Positions 10,235 through 17,664 of a DNA stretch of 64,000 bases are shown in pieces. The notes under the pieces were generated by a model. That model was given only the letters and a program-made list of their open reading frames with translations, ran no database searches and was not told the origin of the DNA. Position numbers and translations under genes: made by a program. This stretch comes from a virus, in the IMG/VR virus record IMGVR_UViG_3300046616_000603, positions 6,376 through 70,375 of that record. One strand, 5' to 3'. Every line of letters starts with the position of its first letter. Within the stretch, counting starts at the first letter, position 1.

Positions 10235-10937
10235 ATGAGCGCACCGCCACGCGGCCGGGAGTTGGCCGCAATTTACGCAGTGAGCGTATCAAACATCAAA
10301 CCCATCGAATGGGAGGGTGAGAACGTGATCACAACTGTAGCGCTTGCGAATGCTTACGGCGCATCAAGCTCCAACATTCACGATAACCACCGCAAGAACC
10401 GCGACCGGTTTGTGGAGGGAAGGCATTATCACAAGCTGACCGGCGATGAGTTGGCAGGAGACCGGAAATAATCCGGTCAGTCGTGCGCGCTCGATCATCC
10501 TCTGGACTGAACGCGGGGCCGCGCGGCATGCCAAGATGCTGGAGACGGACGCGGCCTGGGATGTGTTCGAGGCGCTGGAGGAGAATTACTTCCGCAACCC
10601 GCGCGCGCAAGCTGCAGCAACGGCAGGCGGCGAGCTGAGCACTGTGCAGGACCGCGAGCCACTGTTGGCCGCCGCCGTGCAGATGGTCGTGAAGCACAAG
10701 CTACCGTTCCACAAGGTCTATCAAACGATGAACTATTACGCCGGCGCTACGCACTTTGCCGATATGTCGAAGGACCAGGTCGGCGAGGCTGAGCGATTCG
10801 TAGAGCGCTTCCTGGTCGGACAGGATACGCGGGCCGACTGGCTGCGGATTGGCGCGAACCGCCAGGAGTTGACAGGCGATGATGCGCAGCCCGATCTGCT
10901 GGGTTTCGAGGTGCCGGGTACACTGGGCAAGCGATAG
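10235..10937 (+). pseudogene. ORF6N-domain antirepressor-like gene split by a +1 frameshift
   Basis: Frame A VITTVALANAYG...RDRFVEGRHYHKLTGDEL stops at 10471; frame B ARSIILWTERGAARHAKMLETDAAWDVFEALEENYF completes the domain. Confidence 0.75.
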
Positions 10938-10944
10938 TCGTTAA

Positions 10945-10967
10945 AAAGCCCCGACTGGCGGGGCTTT
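10945..10967. terminator. Probable bidirectional intrinsic terminator
   Basis: AAAGCCCCG-ACTGG-CGGGGCTTT between convergent genes. Confidence 0.75.
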
Positions 10968-10970
10968 CAA

Positions 10971-11318
10971 TCATTTAGGAGCCAGAGTCGGCGGAGCGGC
11001 TTGTGCTGGTGCCGTCGCAGGCAACGGAGCCGGCTGCGCGTAAATTATGATTGGTGCAGGTTGTTGCGCAGGTACCGGCGGCGATTTCGGTACCGCGTTA
11101 TTGAGGACGAAAGTAATCACCGTCAGTGAAACTGCCGCCATCGCAATAGCGGTACCGACCACCCATTTGATAAGCTCAGACGTTCCCTTGTGGATATCGG
11201 CTTTCATATCCGCAAACTTGCTGTCAATCTTCGCCTCAAGAGTGGAAATGCGGCCATCCATCCTGGTTTCTATAGTCTCAAGACGGGCATCGATTTCTTC
11301 ACGGGTTGGAGTGCTCAT
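10971..11318 (-). CDS. Coiled-coil membrane protein with Pro-rich tail (immunity-region cargo)
   Basis: MSTPTREEIDARLE..., TM WVVGTAIAMAAVSLTVITFVL. Confidence 0.7.
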   Translation of the reverse strand: MSTPTREEIDARLETIETRMDGRISTLEAKIDSKFADMKADIHKGTSELIKWVVGTAIAMAAVSLTVITFVLNNAVPKSPPVPAQQPAPIIIYAQPAPLPATAPAQAAPPTLAPK

Positions 11319-11400
11319 CGCAGTATCATGAGCGGGAGGCAGCATTTTGTCAATGCGGCCAGTTTGTCCACGAAATATAAAATTAAGAGCACTGTCATGC

Positions 11401-11691
11401 TTAATTTCCACCGGAAACCTCGCCGTTCCGCTTCCATTCATTAATGATATCTTCGACGAGGGGTTTGAAACCTCCACTGTACATTGCTCCTAAAAACTGC
11501 AAAGTGCTCTCGGCGGCACCGATAAACCGGAAGGTGCACTCATAAAATTTGCAGTGCTCAAGTCGCGGCAGGGTGGCACCACTGAAGAATAGCGTGCATT
11601 CAGTGAACTCGCATGAGTAAAAGTGGCGGCCGTCCAGATGAATATTTTGACGGATGAATTTCTGATCGGATTCTTTTATAGGTTCATACAT
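11401..11691 (-). CDS. Hypothetical protein with short pentapeptide-like repeats
   Basis: LDGRHFYSCEFTECTLFFSG...LEHCKFYECTFRF; low GC; AAGGGA RBS. Confidence 0.65.
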   Translation of the reverse strand: MYEPIKESDQKFIRQNIHLDGRHFYSCEFTECTLFFSGATLPRLEHCKFYECTFRFIGAAESTLQFLGAMYSGGFKPLVEDIINEWKRNGEVSGGN

Positions 11692-11801
11692 CTGATTTAG
11701 TTCCCTTAATATCCCTTAAACGAAAAATTGAGCCATAGGCAAAGCTAGATCGACGTGTCGCTTATGTCCCGTGCGCCTGATTGCAGAAATACAGCCCCCC
11801 T

Positions 11802-12035
11802 TCATGCCCCCCTGGCGCCGGCCTGCACCTTCCCGTCGACGCCCTTCGCCGACGAGTGCATGACCTGGCCAGCCTTGTTCACGTAGTGGCCGTGCATCTG
11901 CAGGTCGGCTTCGTTTGGCTCCGCCTTCTTCGGCGCAGTCGGTACTGTGATCGGCGAGCTGGCCGGCGGCGCCAGCTGCGCGAAGGCGGGCAGGGCAGTG
12001 GCGATGAATAGCGTGGCGGCAGCTAGAAGTCTCAT
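11802..12035 (-). pseudogene. Truncated secreted DUF3761-like protein
   Basis: Signal peptide plus HGHYVNKAGQVMHS...GKVQAGA, ending before the expected Cys-containing C-terminus. Confidence 0.45.
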
Positions 12036-12642
12036 GGTTGTAAACTTTCCGAAACGAGCCTAGAATTTGTGCTGGTAGCGAGCCGGCGCAAACCGGTCCG
12101 CCATCCTTTAGGTCACAGAAGTCCGATTTGATGCAGTACCCAGAACATTCCCGTTATAGCGGTAATGATCTTGGCCACATCGATCGTCCAGCTCACCTTT
12201 GCTGCTGATCGTTTGGCTTTTCGCATTTTGCAAAAGCTCCATGCTTGGTGCCGAACGAGGCCTCGTCCAGCACCAGGTTAGTGGGGCTGAACATTTGTAT
12301 CGCGCCTTGCCGGGCGCTAGCCGGTGCTGCTGCAGCAGCGGTGGCACTGTCAGTGAGCGGTTATACACTCACAGGTGGGTACCATGTTGACAGTTCGGCT
12401 CAGTGGTTTCGATTATCTGGTATCCACCAGGTTCTACCGCCACATCACCTTCAGCGCTTGCGAGGCGCTGACATGGCTTGCGACCATGTTCTTTGGGCCC
12501 GTGCATTGGATTATGCGCGGGCTATTCTTTCAATATCTCCAACGCGTCAGCTCGCCGCTGGCCGGCGCAACCAGGGCGGCGAGGAGGAGGGCTGTGAGTA
12601 GATGGCGCATGGCTGTTCCGTTCAGCATGAGAGATCGCGGGA

Positions 12643-13257
12643 CTACTGAATAAAACCAGAAATAATCTTGTAGGTAATCTCTGTATTGGTAGCCTTGATG
12701 ACCTCGATGCGCGCGCCTTTGTAGCCCAGAATATTTGACTCTGCCAAGTCGTAGGAGACCTCATTGGAAAATGCGGGCCGAGCGACGTCGCCGGAGAACT
12801 CTCGGTAGCCAAGTGAGATGCGACTCCCGATCTTTCCGTTGTAGAGCAAAGTCTGCTGGAAGTGGTTCGCCATTGGCGCGCCGAGTGTGTTTTCGATGGC
12901 ATACGGCATGTCTGAGCACTTATCTTTGGCAATGCAGATGTTCTTTTTATCCTTGTAGAGATAGATCTCTAGGCTGCCCAATATGAATTTAATTCTGTCA
13001 GAGTTTTCGGCGTTGAAGTAGTAGGTGCCGGCCGGGACGTCTACCGTTCCGATTCTCTCGCTTTGCGATAAGATTAATTTCGGCACCAACTTGGCGTAGC
13101 CGTGGCTAATGAGAGCCTCCCCGACATTGCGTGTGGATGTACTGCCGACGGCTGGGAATGTGACCGCCTCCGTCGGCAGTTGTTTGCGGTTTGCACATGC
13201 GCCCAACGCGGTGATACAAAGTACTGAGGCGAGCAGGGTGCTTGCTAAATTTTTCAT
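12643..13257 (-). CDS. Lipoprotein (immunity-region cargo)
   Basis: Lipobox LGAC; FQQTLLYNGKIGSRISLGYREFSGDVARPAFSNEVSYDL. Confidence 0.8.
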   Translation of the reverse strand: MKNLASTLLASVLCITALGACANRKQLPTEAVTFPAVGSTSTRNVGEALISHGYAKLVPKLILSQSERIGTVDVPAGTYYFNAENSDRIKFILGSLEIYLYKDKKNICIAKDKCSDMPYAIENTLGAPMANHFQQTLLYNGKIGSRISLGYREFSGDVARPAFSNEVSYDLAESNILGYKGARIEVIKATNTEITYKIISGFIQ

Positions 13258-13404
13258 CCTAATATCCATAAGAAGAGTCTTGTGCGACTTCGCCCCCGAA
13301 CTGAGTGAATGATAGTGTGCGCAGGTAAGCCAGCCTGATAAGCATCGGTGACTCATCATTATAGGAATATTGACAACTGGAAATCTATCCAATTGTTACT
13401 CTTT

Positions 13405-14151
13405 CTACAGGCGGTCGCGAAAATTCTTCGGCGTGAAGTGAACTACCCGACCAATAACAATGCAGTCCGATCCTCGGCAAGGTACGGGCTTGAACTCGGC
13501 GTTGTCGGACGCGAGGTACCAGTCGCGGCGCTCGTACAGCAGGCGTTTGATAACAGCCTGACCCTCGTAGTTCATCGCGAACACGCCACCGTTCTTGCGA
13601 ACTTTGTCTGCCGTGTTCACCACGGCGATATCGCCCTCGTACATCAGCGGCTGCATGCTTTCTCCCTTGACCTTGACCGCAACCAAGGCTGCTGGGTGAA
13701 GATCGTTTTCTTCGAGCCACTGGCGAGGAACGTGATGTTTGCCGCCTTCGTACTCCAACGGGTCCAGGATCACGCGATCTACCCCCGCCTGTACGGTTAT
13801 GGAAACCATACGGATTTCAACGTTCGGTTCTGCAAAGTCTTCGTCATCCGTGACGATGCGCATACCTGGGATTTCTCCTGCAGCTTGCGATGCTTCGTTG
13901 ATCTGGTTCGCAATGGTTGGGCTGAAATCAACAACTGCCACGCCAAGGCCGCGCGCGAAGGCTGTGGCTGCTTTGATGTTTAGTGGACGGCGGGCGAGAA
14001 GATATTGCGACACCATGCCCTGAGTACCCAGCTCGAACTGAGAGCCAAATTCAGACTGTGAAATCTTCGGCTCTCGCTGGTCGAACAGCGCCTTCAGACG
14101 ATTGGCGTCGTCTATTTGCCACTGTTCTAGAGATTTGGGGTCTGCTTTCAT
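13405..14151 (-). CDS. cI: CI-like repressor (HTH plus S24 autopeptidase)
   Basis: HTH ISQSEFG...TQGMVSQYL; VKGESMQP, IKRL, IVIGRVV; divergent from cro. Confidence 0.93.
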   Translation of the reverse strand: MKADPKSLEQWQIDDANRLKALFDQREPKISQSEFGSQFELGTQGMVSQYLLARRPLNIKAATAFARGLGVAVVDFSPTIANQINEASQAAGEIPGMRIVTDDEDFAEPNVEIRMVSITVQAGVDRVILDPLEYEGGKHHVPRQWLEENDLHPAALVAVKVKGESMQPLMYEGDIAVVNTADKVRKNGGVFAMNYEGQAVIKRLLYERRDWYLASDNAEFKPVPCRGSDCIVIGRVVHFTPKNFRDRL

Positions 14152-14157
14152 GGGCGG

Positions 14158-14225
14158 AGTATAGCAATGCTATTAATACCTGCAACGAGCAATGCTATTG
14201 ACTTATATAATAGCGGTGCTATTAT
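14158..14225. promoter_or_regulatory. OR: three operators with divergent PRM/PR promoters
   Basis: TATAGCAATGCTATT 14160, ACGAGCAATGCTATT 14185, AATAGCGGTGCTATT 14209; PR TTGACT(14198)-N16-TATTAT; minus-strand TATACT at 14158-14163. Confidence 0.88.
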
Positions 14226-14231
14226 TGCGGC

Positions 14232-14588
14232 ATGGATCTCAAAAATTACCTTGCAAACTCGGATACGACCAAAGCAGCGTTCGCTAGGTCGATTGGCGTC
14301 TCGGCTGCTCTGCTGCACCAGTGGATCGAGCAAATCCGACCAGTCGCACCTCAGCATTGCCCGCAGATCGAAAAGCAAACCGCTGGTGCAGTGACGCGCG
14401 CCGAATTGCGCCCCGACGACTGGCACCTAATCTGGCCCGAGCTCGACGTCGATCAGCAACGCCGCGCCACTGACCCAATACCAGAGGCGGGCCACGGCGG
14501 CCGCCAGCCTGCATGCCCACACAACATTCTCGATACCGTTCCAGTTCGTGCGGTAATCACACCAACCCCAACAGGGGAGAAGCAATGA
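14232..14588 (+). CDS. cro: Cro-like (YdaS family) regulator
   Basis: KAAFARSIGVSAALLHQW...IEKQTAGAVTRAELRPDDWHLIWPEL. Confidence 0.88.
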   Translation: MDLKNYLANSDTTKAAFARSIGVSAALLHQWIEQIRPVAPQHCPQIEKQTAGAVTRAELRPDDWHLIWPELDVDQQRRATDPIPEAGHGGRQPACPHNILDTVPVRAVITPTPTGEKQ

Positions 14589-14986
14589 CCATCCGTAAGT
14601 ACATCGACGCCTTCATGGCGAAGCTGGGATACGTGCGCGCGCCGGAGACGCACACCGAGTTGGAAACAGTGCTTGCAGAGCTCCAGGCTGATAAGTGTTC
14701 CAGACAATTAGCCGCAACGGTCAGTCTGGATACGAAAGCGGGGCTATTTTTCGATGCTGCCAAGCGAATCATCGATGCAGCCGAGAAGCGCTTCGCAGCC
14801 GACCCGTTCGCGTCGACGTTTGAAGTGCTCCCCGGCGAGGAGTCGATACATATCAAGCTTTTCCCTCGCGCCGGTTCGGTGCAGTACCTGGTCAACGCGA
14901 CAGGGCCACAGTCGGCGGCTTTCAAATTCGAAGCGGCTGTACCGAGGCTCGTGCTGGTTTCTGCGGTTGTGGAGTCTCCACAATGA
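14585..14986 (+). CDS. Hypothetical phage protein
   Basis: GGGGAG RBS; ATGA-coupled to cro. Confidence 0.6.
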   Translation: MTIRKYIDAFMAKLGYVRAPETHTELETVLAELQADKCSRQLAATVSLDTKAGLFFDAAKRIIDAAEKRFAADPFASTFEVLPGEESIHIKLFPRAGSVQYLVNATGPQSAAFKFEAAVPRLVLVSAVVESPQ

Positions 14987-15185
14987 TGACAAGAACTGCA
15001 GTTGGTAAGTCTGTGCCCGGTGCCGGTCCAATACCCCAAGCACGCCGTACGACTACACCTGCGAAGTCTTCGCCGACCATTTGGGCTGAAATCTCGTCGC
15101 CAACTAGTGGTGCAGGAATTCCATCTGGCCAGTTGATTCCAACCAGATTGCCGACGTGCAGCCGCACTCTGTAGTCGTAATCCAT
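14922..15185 (-). CDS. Small antisense cargo protein (87 aa)
   Basis: MDYDYRVRLHVGNL...IPAPLVGDEI...VVVRRAW; AAGGGA RBS. Confidence 0.5.
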   Translation of the reverse strand: MDYDYRVRLHVGNLVGINWPDGIPAPLVGDEISAQMVGEDFAGVVVRRAWGIGPAPGTDLPTAVLVIIVETPQPQKPARASVQPLRI

Positions 15186-15270
15186 GAGAGATCCCTTTGC
15201 AAGTTGTTGTGTGAGAACTGCAACTGTAGCGTAACTGGATCTCTCGCCCGAATTTTTGAAAGGGAGCTGC

Positions 15271-15501
15271 ATGAGCAACCACGAGAAGCTGACCGCCGCG
15301 CTGCTGGGCGCCTTCGCCGTCGCCGGGACTGACCAAGAAGCGGCCGCCACCGCGCTGGCCGGCGTGATGGTGGCGCACCAGGAGCCAGTGCTCGCCGAGA
15401 TGCGTAAGCAGACCACACTGCTGGAAGTGATTGCGAAGCAGGGCGAACGCGCGCTGGAGCGCCCGCCATGTGGCGCTGCCGCGTGTGGCCTGGCGGGCTG
15501 A
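15271..15501 (+). CDS. Hypothetical phage protein
   Basis: AGGGAG RBS; 76 aa. Confidence 0.55.
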   Translation: MSNHEKLTAALLGAFAVAGTDQEAAATALAGVMVAHQEPVLAEMRKQTTLLEVIAKQGERALERPPCGAAACGLAG

Positions 15502-15578
15502 CGCCGCGTTCGACGATTTCATTATCTGTAGCACCTGTCTCACCTGAAAGCCTGACTCACTTCTAATAGGAAAACAAC

Positions 15579-15854
15579 ATGGAACCGAAAGCCAAGAAAA
15601 GCAGCCCGCGTGATCTGATCATCAAGACCAGCTTGAACGTCGATGAGTTCCTCCCGTTCCGCGACAAGTGCGCCGCCGCCGGCGTGGCGGTCAGTGCCCG
15701 CATCCGCGTGCTGATTAACCGCGACGTCGACCAAGCGAATCGTACCAACACGGCGCGCCGCTGTGAACGGCCAAGACTGGGCCCAGTGCGCGCGCTGTTC
15801 CCGGCGGCGCATGGGCGACTGGGTGGCGCGCCGGTGCCGCGATTGCGTCTTTGA
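15579..15854 (+). CDS. Small DNA-binding-like protein (possibly ribbon-helix-helix)
   Basis: LIIKTSLNVDEFLPFRDKCAAAGVAVSARIRVLINRD. Confidence 0.55.
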   Translation: MEPKAKKSSPRDLIIKTSLNVDEFLPFRDKCAAAGVAVSARIRVLINRDVDQANRTNTARRCERPRLGPVRALFPAAHGRLGGAPVPRLRL

Positions 15855-15911
15855 TCAGTTGGGCAAACGCAAACCGACAGGCCGAATTCGCAGTACCGCA
15901 AAGGAGCCACC

Positions 15912-16610
15912 GTGAACTTGATTGATGCAAAGATCGAATTGACCATGACCAGCCGCGACGTAGCCGTCGCGGTCGGCAGCCCACATGACAGCGTGCTGAA
16001 AACCGTGCGCCGGCTGATCGCGGAGGGTGTCGTTTTTGGGAACGAAGCCCCTTATGTGCACCCGCAGAACGGCCAGACCTACGCCGAGTTTCACCTTAAT
16101 TATCGCGACACCATGATCGTCGCATCGGGCTACAGCGCGAAGCTGCGCGCTCGCGTGATTGATCGCTGGCTCGAACTTGAGCGCATGGCACGGCCAGTGC
16201 GTCCCGAGCTGCCCCAGACCTTCGCTCAGGCACTTCGTCTGGCTGCCGAACAGGCTGAGGTAATCGAACAACAGCAGGCCGCCCTGGCCGAAGCAGCACC
16301 GAAGATCGAATTTGCAGAGGCCGTGCGCAACGTGGATGGCCTGTGCACATTCGAGCAGATCGCCAAGTCGCTGGGTATCGGTCGCAACAAGATGATCGCG
16401 CAGCTGAAAGCCGACGAGGTCTTGCAGGCAAACCGCATGCCGTACCAGCGCTACATCGATCGTGGCTACTTCGAGGTGATCGAGCAGACGCCGTGGACCG
16501 ATTCGCAGGGTGCGACGCATCCGTGTTTCAGCACGCGCGTTACCGGCGCTGGCCAGGTGTGGCTGGCGCGGCGTTTCGCGAAAGTCGATGCGTCCGTCGT
16601 GCACCACTGA
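15912..16610 (+). CDS. Rha-family regulator with KilAC/ANT antirepressor domain
   Basis: TMTSRDVA...YVHPQNGQTY...RVIDRWLELE; LPQTFAQALRLAAEQ...APKIEF...PYQRYIDRGYF...TRVTGAGQVWL. Confidence 0.85.
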   Translation: MNLIDAKIELTMTSRDVAVAVGSPHDSVLKTVRRLIAEGVVFGNEAPYVHPQNGQTYAEFHLNYRDTMIVASGYSAKLRARVIDRWLELERMARPVRPELPQTFAQALRLAAEQAEVIEQQQAALAEAAPKIEFAEAVRNVDGLCTFEQIAKSLGIGRNKMIAQLKADEVLQANRMPYQRYIDRGYFEVIEQTPWTDSQGATHPCFSTRVTGAGQVWLARRFAKVDASVVHH

Positions 16611-16658
16611 ATCCGGGATGCCGCGCCCCGTTGCGCGCGGCCTTTGAAAGTCGAAAAC

Positions 16659-16952
16659 ATGAAGAAAAGTCTGTTGATCGCAGCACTGCTGGCCGTCGCG
16701 CTGGCGCAAGTTCAAGCGAGCGCCGTCACGGTCATCGCTGCTCATCCCGCCGTCGCGGCGCGCGCTGCGCCTGCCAGCCGCGCTGCGACGCCAGCTCGCC
16801 AGGCTACGGCTCCGGCGCGCCCGTCCACGACGACGGCCGCCGCGCCGCTGCCGCGCCCAGCAGAGATTCACCCGGCGCCGGCCTTCGTGCCGCGCCCGCC
16901 CACCAGCACCTCGTCGGACTGCGACAAGAAAAACAAGGATTGCAAGAAGTAA
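16659..16952 (+). CDS. Secreted Ala/Pro-rich small protein
   Basis: Signal peptide MKKSLLIAALLAVALAQVQA; C-term CDKKNKDCKK. Confidence 0.6.
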   Translation: MKKSLLIAALLAVALAQVQASAVTVIAAHPAVAARAAPASRAATPARQATAPARPSTTTAAAPLPRPAEIHPAPAFVPRPPTSTSSDCDKKNKDCKK

Positions 16953-17116
16953 TGGCGGCGCAACCGAGACAAGAGCAGGGCGCTGAGCCGTTGCCGATTG
17001 AGCCGGGCCACGTCATGGCGCGGGAGCACTACGAACGAATGGCACGCGAGGCCGCAGCACAGCAGAAATAGAAAAGGCCGCGTGGGGCGCGGCCAGATCA
17101 CTACCAGAGGAACTAC

Positions 17117-17329
17117 ATGTCCACAATTTTACAACAGGGACCGGCGCCAGAACAAACTGGCTCGCCGGAAGCCACCGCCTTGCGCAAACTAAGCGTTTGG
17201 CGCAAGCGCGACCGCGACCACTTGGCCGACAAGAGCGACCGCGACGCCCAGCGCGCTGAGTTCCGTGCGCGCCAGGAGCTGCGCGGTGCCGCCGACGACC
17301 TCAACGCAGGAAAGGCGGCGCAACCATGA
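17117..17329 (+). CDS. Hypothetical phage protein
   Basis: GAGG RBS; 70 aa; coupled to next gene. Confidence 0.6.
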   Translation: MSTILQQGPAPEQTGSPEATALRKLSVWRKRDRDHLADKSDRDAQRAEFRARQELRGAADDLNAGKAAQP

Positions 17330-17664
17330 CGCTCACGCTCCCGCGCGAGGATTCTCCTCGCTACCATCTGCTCGCCGCCTTGCGGCAAGGGCCTGGCACG
17401 TTCTATCAAGTCTGCGAGCGCGCGGGCATTGATATCGAAGACCAGCACGCCGAAGACAAGGCCCGCCTGAGCTTCGAGCGCTTGATCGGCGACTTCGTTC
17501 ACATGACCGGCGTCACCTATTCGTTGACCGCCGAGGCGCGCGAGTCGTTCGGAGAGATCAAGCCGACACCGTCTGCGGGCGAAATCGCCGGACCGGCATT
17601 CCGTGGCATTTACGATCCGCGCACCGTGTTCATCACCCGCCGTCCTGAAGGAGCGCGTGTATGA
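17326..17664 (+). CDS. Hypothetical phage protein
   Basis: 112 aa; ATGA-coupled at both ends. Confidence 0.6.
   Translation: MTLTLPREDSPRYHLLAALRQGPGTFYQVCERAGIDIEDQHAEDKARLSFERLIGDFVHMTGVTYSLTAEARESFGEIKPTPSAGEIAGPAFRGIYDPRTVFITRRPEGARV

Noticed and set aside
12108-12610. ORFs between the lipoprotein and the DUF3761-like remnant
   Set aside because: The signal-peptide start at 12610 hits a stop after 26 codons and the other frames lack RBS or motifs; probably decayed DNA.
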